The notes beneath the pieces were generated by a model. That model was not told the origin of the DNA. It ran no database searches and saw nothing but the letters and a program-made list of their open reading frames with translations. Below are positions 46,728-55,015 of a stretch of DNA of 55,015 nt, piece after piece. The stretch's first letter is position 1. Every line of letters begins with the position of its first letter. Made by a program: the position numbers and the translations under genes. Origin of the DNA: a virus (Duplodnaviria; Caudoviricetes); IMG/VR virus record IMGVR_UViG_3300047483_000184, positions 1-55,015 of that record; one strand, given 5' to 3'.

Positions 46728-49556
46728 TTACATGTACAATTCTTCAGCCTTGACTATAGAAAGCATATTTCTAGTAATTTCATTTTTGTTTCCATTACTA
46801 TCTATTAGTTCCAGTTTTATAGTATAATCGCCTCTTTCTGAGAACAAATATGTTAACCATTGGTTATAGCACACAACTTCTTCAAAAAGTGAATTCGAAG
46901 TATTATTTATAGTCCATTTCCAAGAAATAACACCAGGCATATTTGTTTTTTCAAAAGCAAATGTCAAGTGTGTCATTAATGTTACTTTAGCATGATCATC
47001 AAATACAACAACGTCATTCCAAGTAGGATTGTATGCCGTGTAGTGTATTTTACCTATAACTTCACCTCCTGTTGGACTTTCAAAATAAACATCTTCAAAA
47101 TTGTATGTTGAAGAATAATCTTTACCAACTGCTAAAATATAATAAGTAAAGTCTCCGTTATCATATATTCCATTAGCATCAATATCTATTATAACATGAT
47201 TCCATGTAAATTTAGAGAATATAGGATTAGTATCTGGTGTTAAACTATTTAATTCTGCGGAAATAGCAGCCCAAGCCGTAAGATCGTTTTGATCTACAGG
47301 ATATTGATTTTGAATAGTATATGATTCATAAATAAATTCATGAGTGCCTGGAATTCTCCATTTAATAGTTAACGGTGTTCCATTATAATATCCGCCAGCG
47401 AAGTGATTATTTCTAATGTCTATTTTAAATGAAGCCGCTAAATCAGGACCAATTCTAGTAGAATCCCATGTATTATTTAAAGCGTCATTCCATGTCTGTT
47501 GTTTTAATTTATTCCAAACATATGGTCCAGTAGTTTCACTAAAAGATGTTGGAGAATTAACGTCCAAGTATCTTCTAACTGTTGAAAATTCTAAACCAGC
47601 AGTATCATCGTGTATATAATTATTTCTGTCTAGCGTTAAATACCACGAAGCCATCATATCATCTACTAATACTGGACTATCTTGTGAAAAATCATAGAAT
47701 CCACCCGCTAAATCCCAAGTATAAGATTGATCATTCCAAGATTCGTTATGATTTTTCCATTCGTATAAACCGTAAATTTCAACAGCTTTGTTTTCAATAA
47801 CGATTTCAGAATTCTTAATCGTAAATGATCTAGAATTATATAAGTCATACATATTTAACGTAACGTTATAAATTCCAGTGTATGGCAATACTAAGGCCAT
47901 ATTATATAAATCCTTGACAGCGCCTCTGTAAGTTACTAAATAATCTCTAGGTCCGCTTATGATCCATTCAATTTCATAAACGTCTCTAGACCAAATATTA
48001 TCCCATGTATAAATAGATGCTCCATTATTAGTATAGTCATTCGCTGCTAAGTCTGTATCATTCCACGTATAATCTGCATCTTCATAAAAATCAGACAGCG
48101 TGGTAGCTTCTAAAACAACCGGGCAACCGATAGGTACAGTACTTAGTGTAGTAAACGTATTTAATTCTTTATCATAATAATGATTATAAAAATCTTTAAT
48201 ATCGGCAATAACATTAGTATTTAAAATTGGTTGCAATGGAAAAGAAAGAGTATCAGTTGCTAAGTCTTGGCTAACCAATCTTAAATCTTCTATAAATAAT
48301 CTTCTTTTTGGAAATACGTGAAAATCAACTTCAATACCAGAACTTTGTACCTGTATTGTATTTTGATTATTCCAAACGTTTTGCGTAAACTGACTAAAGA
48401 AATCACCTTCAGCAGTGATGTCTATAATTTTAGCTTGTAAAGGCAAATATTCTGTTTGTAGCTTTCTTTTTAAGCCATATAATTTAATTAAGACCTCATC
48501 TGGCGTAAAATCAAATGTTTCTTTTACAATAGGTAAATCCCACTCGTCTAAAGATTCAGTTGGTTCATTTATTCTATAAACCAATGAAAATCTAGAAGTT
48601 TTCTTGTGATTAGAGTTTGGTAGCTCTATTTTATCTGCTTTAGATGCTAAAAAGCCATGAGTATCTTGGTTTGGTATAGCAACAGCCATTAATTTACCAA
48701 AACCTGGCGTTTGCTCATTTATGTTTAACCAATATTCTTTTATAGTTAAATTATCATAACCATAAAATTTCATAGCATTTAGAAGAGCTTTATATGTACC
48801 GACAAATGGCAATATGTTATGTGCTTCTAAAAGTAATTCCTTTCTTTTATTATTGATAATTTTCCAATCAGTTGAGATTTCATTAATGTCAGAATCTCTA
48901 AATATGATACCGTCTTCTTCTTTAATAGAAGCACCCATATTTGAAAGCAATACACTTAATCGCTCATCTTCGGCTTCTGTTTCACCGTATATTAAGATTT
49001 TTGCAATATGAACGTACGCGCCATCCTCTTTAACAAAGATATTTAAATTTCTTGTGTGAATGCCTTCAATATCAGAACGTAATGCAATATTACACGAAAG
49101 CGGTGTTTTATCAATTGAATCGACAACTTCTTTGTATTCGTGTGTTTCGCCAATAACATTAGTCGTATGGTTAGTTTGCTGATATATTACATTATTTGTT
49201 GAATTAGTTTTAGCTAAAATCTCTTCAGATTTTGTTGTAAATTCAAATACATTATATTCATTATCGATAATATCAACGCTGTATAATTTAATGTCTTCAC
49301 TAAAATCTAAATCTGATTCTAAATTAAAAGCAAATGAATTATCAGTTGCATTTTCTGAAATAGGTCTAACATATTCTAAAACACCAGAAGACGTAACGAC
49401 TTCTTCAAAGACGAATAAATTAGCAGTCTCGTATAAACCAACCGAAACTTTAGGCAGGTATATTGATCCTGTCCAAAGTTCTAGTGTTGAATCATATGAA
49501 AAATCTAATTCACCAGAAGTTCCGTTAAAAAATCTTAAATTTTGATATTTTGTCAT
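46728..49556 (-). CDS. Putative baseplate wedge protein with PKD-like domains
   Basis: VGTYKALLNAMKFYGY, YTGIYNVTL and GDYTIKLEL; downstream of gp25- and gp6-like genes. Confidence 0.55.
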   Translation of the reverse strand: MTKYQNLRFFNGTSGELDFSYDSTLELWTGSIYLPKVSVGLYETANLFVFEEVVTSSGVLEYVRPISENATDNSFAFNLESDLDFSEDIKLYSVDIIDNEYNVFEFTTKSEEILAKTNSTNNVIYQQTNHTTNVIGETHEYKEVVDSIDKTPLSCNIALRSDIEGIHTRNLNIFVKEDGAYVHIAKILIYGETEAEDERLSVLLSNMGASIKEEDGIIFRDSDINEISTDWKIINNKRKELLLEAHNILPFVGTYKALLNAMKFYGYDNLTIKEYWLNINEQTPGFGKLMAVAIPNQDTHGFLASKADKIELPNSNHKKTSRFSLVYRINEPTESLDEWDLPIVKETFDFTPDEVLIKLYGLKRKLQTEYLPLQAKIIDITAEGDFFSQFTQNVWNNQNTIQVQSSGIEVDFHVFPKRRLFIEDLRLVSQDLATDTLSFPLQPILNTNVIADIKDFYNHYYDKELNTFTTLSTVPIGCPVVLEATTLSDFYEDADYTWNDTDLAANDYTNNGASIYTWDNIWSRDVYEIEWIISGPRDYLVTYRGAVKDLYNMALVLPYTGIYNVTLNMYDLYNSRSFTIKNSEIVIENKAVEIYGLYEWKNHNESWNDQSYTWDLAGGFYDFSQDSPVLVDDMMASWYLTLDRNNYIHDDTAGLEFSTVRRYLDVNSPTSFSETTGPYVWNKLKQQTWNDALNNTWDSTRIGPDLAASFKIDIRNNHFAGGYYNGTPLTIKWRIPGTHEFIYESYTIQNQYPVDQNDLTAWAAISAELNSLTPDTNPIFSKFTWNHVIIDIDANGIYDNGDFTYYILAVGKDYSSTYNFEDVYFESPTGGEVIGKIHYTAYNPTWNDVVVFDDHAKVTLMTHLTFAFEKTNMPGVISWKWTINNTSNSLFEEVVCYNQWLTYLFSERGDYTIKLELIDSNGNKNEITRNMLSIVKAEELYM

Positions 49557-49557
49557 G

Positions 49558-49839
49558 TTATCTTACTTTCGTATAGTCTTTTTTGACAGTGTATGATTTG
49601 TAAACTCTAAGAGTCGTTACTGTATTTATAAACTTTATTATCGGTAGCTGTATCAAATTAATAAAGTTAGCTAAGTGTTCATTTTTAAATAATAATGGTG
49701 AAAGATTTTTCTTCATTAGATCTTGTGAAAAATCGTAGCCTGTGTTTAGTCTATCGTCTTTAGCAGAATCAGTCGCATCATAAATACTAGTTTTAGTATT
49801 TTTAAATAAACCTTCTAATATATCGTTACTTTGAGCCAT
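49558..49839 (-). CDS. Hypothetical protein (baseplate module)
   Basis: 93-aa ORF coupled (TAATG) to the gp6-like gene. Confidence 0.55.
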   Translation of the reverse strand: MAQSNDILEGLFKNTKTSIYDATDSAKDDRLNTGYDFSQDLMKKNLSPLLFKNEHLANFINLIQLPIIKFINTVTTLRVYKSYTVKKDYTKVR

Positions 49840-51656
49840 TATATTTTCTTTCTATTTTGAGTTTGTATTGTGGAATAGATTGTATTAGGTCTAGCTGGCT
49901 CATCAAAATAAACTGAAAGTGCCGCTTGTTCTCCTAATAAAGCATTATCTAAAACTGCAACGCCATCTCTATCATCCCAACCACCTCTAAATAAAGCTAC
50001 TTGTTCTTTACCTAAAATAATATCACCAAATGAATCCAAACCAATTACAGATTCTGGTAATGGATCATTAACAGCAAAATTTACTGTATTTTTAGTAACT
50101 GTCTTTTTAAAGAATACAAATTTAGACTTACCATTACCAACATCTTGTAACGTTGGCGTAGATGGTGTAACTGTAGTAGTTGTTACTATATAATAACCAT
50201 TTTTTCTAGCTAATTCTTCTGATTCTGAAACAAATCTAACATTCACAGAATCAACACCTTCAACTGATTCAATTATAGCAATAATATCTGATTTTGGCAA
50301 TCTGTCTCTTCTAGTAATATTCATTAAATAATCTGAAACCTTTGATCTAATTTCAGTGTAAATCTCTTGTTTAGAATAATTTTCAAAATATCTTACTTTA
50401 ATGTCCATTCTAAATCTTAAAACTTCTGGATTTACGATCTGAACTTCAGTAGTTACCATCTGTTGACCAGATTTTTCTAAAGTAGTTAATATAGCATTCT
50501 TCTCATCTTGTGAAAAGAAAAATTCATCAACAGGTAAACTAAAATAATCTTGGTTATTAGTTAATTTTCTTTTAACATCAGGCAACATAAACAAATAAAT
50601 GATGTTATCATCATCTAAAAAACCATCTTCTGTTGTATTATACGCATCTAAATAAGAAAACATTCCGTATTTAGACAAAAAGTATTCATAATTATCTGGT
50701 GTTGCAAGTACAAATGACTTAGAAGCTAATGGAGCAATAAGTTTAGTTAAGCTTAAGTTTTCTTCATCTGCACCCATAATTGGCGCAACAGTACATTGAA
50801 CGTCTAATACATCATTTAAATTATGTGTATTTCCCAATGAATCAAATCCTTTAGTTTCAAATTTAAATGTTAAATCTTTAGAGTGATTTAAGTTTCCCGA
50901 TGCACCTCTAGAAACTAAATATTCAATTTGAATTGAAGCGCCCGTTTGAGGTACAGCTCCAAAATTGCCATTACCAAAATAAAGATCTAATCCACCCGTA
51001 ATTCCAGTTTTGATTAAATAACCTTTAGTTGTTGGTTTCATGTCATATAAAGAATCATACTTCTCCCATTTTTCGCCATTGACAGAAACGGTAATATTGT
51101 CATGATCACATTTTCTAGTTATAATATTAAATGATTGCAGGTCTGTTCCGTTTGAAGTAACCGTTTGTGTTTCGAAAACGCCTTGTATAATAGGAATATG
51201 AATATAATTAGAATTAGATTTTTCAATTCTAAATTGATCTGAATTTGTTCTTAATGTATATTTTAAACCATTTGACTGTGAAGTAATAATTGCATTAGCA
51301 GGAATGTTTAATGAGCTGCCTGCGATGTCGTCTACAGAAGATGTATTCAATCTAATCTTAATTTCACCAATAGCACTGGCGCCTCTATACGCGTCATGTC
51401 CAGCCAATCTAGCTAAACCATACACAGATTCTGGTTGCTGTGCAGTTATAATGTTTTGCTCGACTGTTGAATTTTCAATATAAAAGAATATCAATTCTCC
51501 TAATTCAGAAACCACTTGTATGATTTGTGAAAATGGTGATGCTGTTGTAAACAATTCACCTAAACGACCATACACACGACCAATATAGGTCTTAGTGTCG
51601 TTTAACATCTCAGCTGCTTTAATTCTAGATGTTGATAAAAATTTTAAATTTGCCAT
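49839..51656 (-). CDS. Baseplate wedge subunit (T4 gp6-like)
   Basis: SVYGLARLAG, LYFGNGNFG..P, IEYLVSRGASGN, VLATPDNY and IESVEGVDSV. Confidence 0.8.
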   Translation of the reverse strand: MANLKFLSTSRIKAAEMLNDTKTYIGRVYGRLGELFTTASPFSQIIQVVSELGELIFFYIENSTVEQNIITAQQPESVYGLARLAGHDAYRGASAIGEIKIRLNTSSVDDIAGSSLNIPANAIITSQSNGLKYTLRTNSDQFRIEKSNSNYIHIPIIQGVFETQTVTSNGTDLQSFNIITRKCDHDNITVSVNGEKWEKYDSLYDMKPTTKGYLIKTGITGGLDLYFGNGNFGAVPQTGASIQIEYLVSRGASGNLNHSKDLTFKFETKGFDSLGNTHNLNDVLDVQCTVAPIMGADEENLSLTKLIAPLASKSFVLATPDNYEYFLSKYGMFSYLDAYNTTEDGFLDDDNIIYLFMLPDVKRKLTNNQDYFSLPVDEFFFSQDEKNAILTTLEKSGQQMVTTEVQIVNPEVLRFRMDIKVRYFENYSKQEIYTEIRSKVSDYLMNITRRDRLPKSDIIAIIESVEGVDSVNVRFVSESEELARKNGYYIVTTTTVTPSTPTLQDVGNGKSKFVFFKKTVTKNTVNFAVNDPLPESVIGLDSFGDIILGKEQVALFRGGWDDRDGVAVLDNALLGEQAALSVYFDEPARPNTIYSTIQTQNRKKI

Positions 51657-51671
51657 TTAGTTTTAAATGTT

Positions 51672-52025
51672 TTATATTATTACTTTGATTTGATATTGAG
51701 AATCGATAGTTATGTCTATAAATATAGCATCTCTGTCTTCACCTCTTTCATATGTAGTAGATACATCAGTTTGTAATCTTCTAGCTAATGGACAATATCT
51801 GTCAATTTGTTGGTTTATTTCTCTAGTTAATTGGTAGTCATTATAACTAAATTCAAATATAAGACTTTCTAAATCACAACCAAAATCAGGTTCGCCTAAA
51901 ACTTCTCCTTTTTTTGTAAAAAGAAGAACTTCAAGTTGTGTAATCGCTTGTGCAATGTCACTTTCTGATTGCAATTTGTATTTATCAAAGTGCGGATCGT
52001 CAATAGATTTTATATAGAATTCCAT
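51672..52025 (-). CDS. Baseplate protein, gp25/GPW-like
   Basis: LLFTKKGEVLGEPDFGCDL..LIFE. Confidence 0.85.
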   Translation of the reverse strand: MEFYIKSIDDPHFDKYKLQSESDIAQAITQLEVLLFTKKGEVLGEPDFGCDLESLIFEFSYNDYQLTREINQQIDRYCPLARRLQTDVSTTYERGEDRDAIFIDITIDSQYQIKVII

Positions 52026-52040
52026 TAAGTATATATTTTA

Positions 52041-52874
52041 TTAAGAATGCATCATCCAATCTGTACCTTCGTCAGATTTGATTTCTTCAATAACTGCTTC
52101 TAACTCACTTTCACCTAAACTTTGAATTGCATCAGCGTTAACTGAAATTCCACCAGGTAAATTGTAACCAAAGATTTGCATTTTATTTCCTAAAGATATT
52201 TTAATTTTTGCTGAGCAATATCTAAAGAATGCTTCGTCTGCAAAAAGAGCACATTCAGGAATAGTCTCATATATTTCTAAAACTATATCTTTTTTAGGCA
52301 ATTCTCCAGTAAAACGAATTTCATGTGTTAATTGGTTATAATTAAAACTCAAAGGATTATTTAAAATCTGTCTAGTTAAATCAAAATAACTTTCATTAAT
52401 TACATAATATTGTAAATTTTCTGCACCAGCAACAGCACCTGTACCACCGTAAAGACCACCATATAACATTCTTTCCATTGCGAAATCACCTGTTGTAAAA
52501 GTAACTGAAGTTCCAGAACCAAATCTAGATCCAATTTCACGAACACCGTAAACTGAATATACTTCACCACCGCCAGTTAATGGATCTTCTTTTGGTAAAG
52601 TAAATGATCGCGTTGCTTTAAAATAATCTGTTTTAAAAAGAGCTATTGGTAAAATATAAAAGCTCTCTTTCATAGAGTATTCGTAATTTTTATAAAACCA
52701 TTTCTTAGCACGTTGTACGATGTTATAAACTTCTTTTTTAGGTAAGTTCATAGGAATCATACATGAACCAGTAATATCATCTGCCAACTGATTTAAAAAA
52801 TCATTTGCACATGTACTGTCCCATGATGGTGGTGTAGTAGAACCTGGTATTTGTCCGTCATTAATATTACTCAT
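52041..52874 (-). CDS. Neck protein (T4 gp13-like)
   Basis: C-terminal RYCSAKIK..LG..FGYNLPGGISVNAD. Confidence 0.7.
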   Translation of the reverse strand: MSNINDGQIPGSTTPPSWDSTCANDFLNQLADDITGSCMIPMNLPKKEVYNIVQRAKKWFYKNYEYSMKESFYILPIALFKTDYFKATRSFTLPKEDPLTGGGEVYSVYGVREIGSRFGSGTSVTFTTGDFAMERMLYGGLYGGTGAVAGAENLQYYVINESYFDLTRQILNNPLSFNYNQLTHEIRFTGELPKKDIVLEIYETIPECALFADEAFFRYCSAKIKISLGNKMQIFGYNLPGGISVNADAIQSLGESELEAVIEEIKSDEGTDWMMHS

Positions 52875-52883
52875 AGCGATTAA

Positions 52884-54185
52884 TTATATTTTGTAAGATT
52901 TTATTATTTCAACATCGTCAAATTTAGCAAACTTGGCATCGTATTTACCTTCTCTAAAGATTCCGCCTTGCATCGATCCTTTAAATATAGTATCAGATCC
53001 ATATACATAACAATTTTTAAGCACTGCATTCCATGCTGTTTGGCAAGAACCTACCTTTGAATTGTTAACTTGTGTGTTATAATAAATGTTGCAATTTTTA
53101 ATATCAGATGATTGTATATCACATGTGAAGAAATCACAATATGTAAATTCACCTTGCAGTGAACATCCTATAAATTCATAAGCTTCTAATTGAAAGCAAT
53201 ATGGTAAGTGACCGTTCTCTACTTGAATTCTACCAGCATCTGAATCGTAATTGATATTTCCTTTATCCATTTGACCTTGAGTAAATAACAAAGCAACTCT
53301 TTCTTTGATTTGTGGCCAATATAAATCTAAAACAGTTGGATCATTTGACATATCGACTGTGAATTTACATTTTGGAAAGTTCTTTTCGATATTTCTCCAA
53401 TCTACTCTTAAATCAATTACCTTTTTATTGTCAGCTAAAATCTTTTTAAGTTCGATTTTATTTAACTCAGTGAATGATGTTTGGCTATCACTAGCAGTTG
53501 TCCACAATTGAACTAAGAAATAATCCATAAGATTTAAAATCTTAGCAGATTTTTCATGCCAATTTTCACCACCTAAATATCTAAATTCAAGATAGTTCTT
53601 TTGAAGTTTTTCAAAGTTAACTCCGTAATATTTTGTTCTAGGGAATATAAAATTGTTTGAGCTGATGTGCTCTCCATTGTAAGAATATGTTTCAATTCTT
53701 GGAATAACAAATTTTATTGATTTTGCGTATGTTGAATCTTGTCTATTTGGAAATGCTTTCCAAACTTTATCTTCATTAAAATCTAAGATGAATTTTAATG
53801 GATTCATTTTAGAAAGTAAGTTCTTATTACCAGATAATTCTGGATTAAAACTTAAATTTAAATGAATAGAAGATCTATCAGTAGTGTAACCGTTCTTTTT
53901 GATCCAATCACACATTTTAATAATCATCAGTCTACCAGCAGAATAAGGTACTGCTCCTGTAACTAATTCAATCAATCCAGCTCCACCAGACATATCTGGT
54001 TCCATTTTGAATTCATCCTGCGTTGGTTGAAATTCACTATGAGCCTTCTTTTCTACACGTATTTTTTTGCCAAGTAATTTGCCAACTTCTTTGGCTGTAT
54101 CTTCAATGCTTGTATTAGAATAGAACTCAAATTCTACTCCGACTAGAGCTTTAGATAAAATGTCTGAGTCTTTAAGGTTTATCAT
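52884..54185 (-). CDS. Putative amidoligase (COOH-NH2 ligase) with a C-terminal pentapeptide-like repeat
   Basis: VGVEFEF, ELVT, SSIHLNLS, KYYGVN and LEFRYLGG; Cys-rich repetitive tail. Confidence 0.72.
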   Translation of the reverse strand: MINLKDSDILSKALVGVEFEFYSNTSIEDTAKEVGKLLGKKIRVEKKAHSEFQPTQDEFKMEPDMSGGAGLIELVTGAVPYSAGRLMIIKMCDWIKKNGYTTDRSSIHLNLSFNPELSGNKNLLSKMNPLKFILDFNEDKVWKAFPNRQDSTYAKSIKFVIPRIETYSYNGEHISSNNFIFPRTKYYGVNFEKLQKNYLEFRYLGGENWHEKSAKILNLMDYFLVQLWTTASDSQTSFTELNKIELKKILADNKKVIDLRVDWRNIEKNFPKCKFTVDMSNDPTVLDLYWPQIKERVALLFTQGQMDKGNINYDSDAGRIQVENGHLPYCFQLEAYEFIGCSLQGEFTYCDFFTCDIQSSDIKNCNIYYNTQVNNSKVGSCQTAWNAVLKNCYVYGSDTIFKGSMQGGIFREGKYDAKFAKFDDVEIIKSYKI

Positions 54186-54233
54186 TTATATAATGAATGT
54201 TATTAGTTCACTATATATATCATTGCAAATTAT

Positions 54234-55015
54234 CTATAACATAGAATCTAATTTGGTTTGCAACTTCTTGATTGTCTTCTGATAATCAACTATTGACTTT
54301 CTTTTCCATTCTATATTCATGCCTTTCCAAGATGCAATTCTTTTAGCAATCCCGTTATCACGCTCTGAATTATAGAATGCCTCATCGTTATTATAATTTT
54401 TAGCAGCATCTCGTTTTACAATCTCATTCCAAGTTGGCCATTCGTACCAAGAATCTTTAGGATTATCTTTAATAACTTGAATGATTTCAACAACTGTTAA
54501 TTTAGAATTTGTTTCAACATCTTCAGTTGCTCTTTTAATTTTAATTTCATAGCTCTGAATTTCTTGATTAAGTTTTTCAAGCTTAGACATTTTCTTAATC
54601 TTTTCATTGTATTCCTGAGTTACTGCTTTACTATTAGTTTTAGGAATACTTGTTTTAGTAATATAACGATAATGTAATCTTTGAACATTATAACCGCCAG
54701 CATAAATTACTTCAGTTGAAAAATCATATGTTATTTCGTTTCTTTGTATTTGTGCGGTGATTTGAATATTTCCTTTAGGACTTCCGCTTGCATTGATAGA
54801 AAGTAAAAGATCAGATGGCATTGTATATGATTCTATTGATTTTACCATATCATATATTAACGTAAGTCTAGTAATTTCTCTATCATATTTTGAAAATTCT
54901 CTACCAAATTGTTTAACGTATGCTGTTTCGGCTTGAGATAACATAGTAATAATAGTAGGTTCTAACGCTTCTAATATAATGTCAACTATATTAGTAGAAT
55001 TGGACTCATTTAAAA
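54234..55015 (-). CDS. Hypothetical protein, 5'-truncated by the window edge; possibly another capsid-targeted protein
   Basis: Frame is open upstream of ATG 54944 to the window end and reads ..LNESNSTNIVDIILEALEPTIIT-MLSQ; IYAGGYNVQRLHYRY motif. Confidence 0.6.
   Translation of the reverse strand, partial: LNESNSTNIVDIILEALEPTIITMLSQAETAYVKQFGREFSKYDREITRLTLIYDMVKSIESYTMPSDLLLSINASGSPKGNIQITAQIQRNEITYDFSTEVIYAGGYNVQRLHYRYITKTSIPKTNSKAVTQEYNEKIKKMSKLEKLNQEIQSYEIKIKRATEDVETNSKLTVVEIIQVIKDNPKDSWYEWPTWNEIVKRDAAKNYNNDEAFYNSERDNGIAKRIASWKGMNIEWKRKSIVDYQKTIKKLQTKLDSML

Noticed and set aside
1685-53511. Numerous 60-153 aa plus-strand ORFs and nested minus-strand ORFs in the ORF track (e.g. 46264..46725, 22288..22638, 10639..10821)
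   Set aside because: They lie antisense to or inside well-supported genes, show shadow-frame composition and have no recognisable motifs.
1-55015. CRISPR array, tRNA, rRNA, group I intron or intein
   Set aside because: No regularly spaced repeats or cloverleaf were seen. Intergenic gaps are short, and the conserved enzymes show no obvious insertions. This was checked by eye only.

Overview
This is an AT-rich, densely coding segment of a large T4-like (myovirus-type, probably jumbo) bacteriophage genome. It reads in the standard genetic code, and every convincing gene but one lies on the minus strand. A Bacteroidota/Flavobacteriia host is suggested by a TAnnTTTG-type promoter element and by A-rich leaders that mostly lack a Shine-Dalgarno. 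In window order: (1) partial nrdB, the N-terminal half of a split family-B DNA polymerase, and a gp56-like dCTPase/dUTPase. (2) A putative DNA hypermodification cluster: UDP-galactopyranose mutase, GT2-TPR, a PLP enzyme, a GIY-YIG endonuclease, two amino-acid:DNA-transferase-like paralogs, thioredoxin, a protein that looks like a T4 beta-glucosyltransferase N-domain fused to an SGNH domain, and a DUF6378-like protein. (3) About 10 kb of probable internal head/ejection proteins and polyproteins with T4-like capsid-targeting motifs (F/Y-x-x-F/Y-[ILV]-x-E) and many (I/L/V)-x-E protease-like sites. This block includes a PD-(D/E)xK nuclease-like protein, two RNA-ligase-fold proteins (one fused to a HIGH nucleotidyltransferase) and a frameshifted polyprotein. 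(4) Replication and recombination genes (UvsW, UvsY, primase, gp32, RuvC-like). (5) Tail, fibre, baseplate and neck genes plus an amidoligase. Three promoter motif classes and a 17-bp hairpin enclosing a promoter and sequestering an RBS are visible. All family assignments come from motif recognition by eye; no database search was run.
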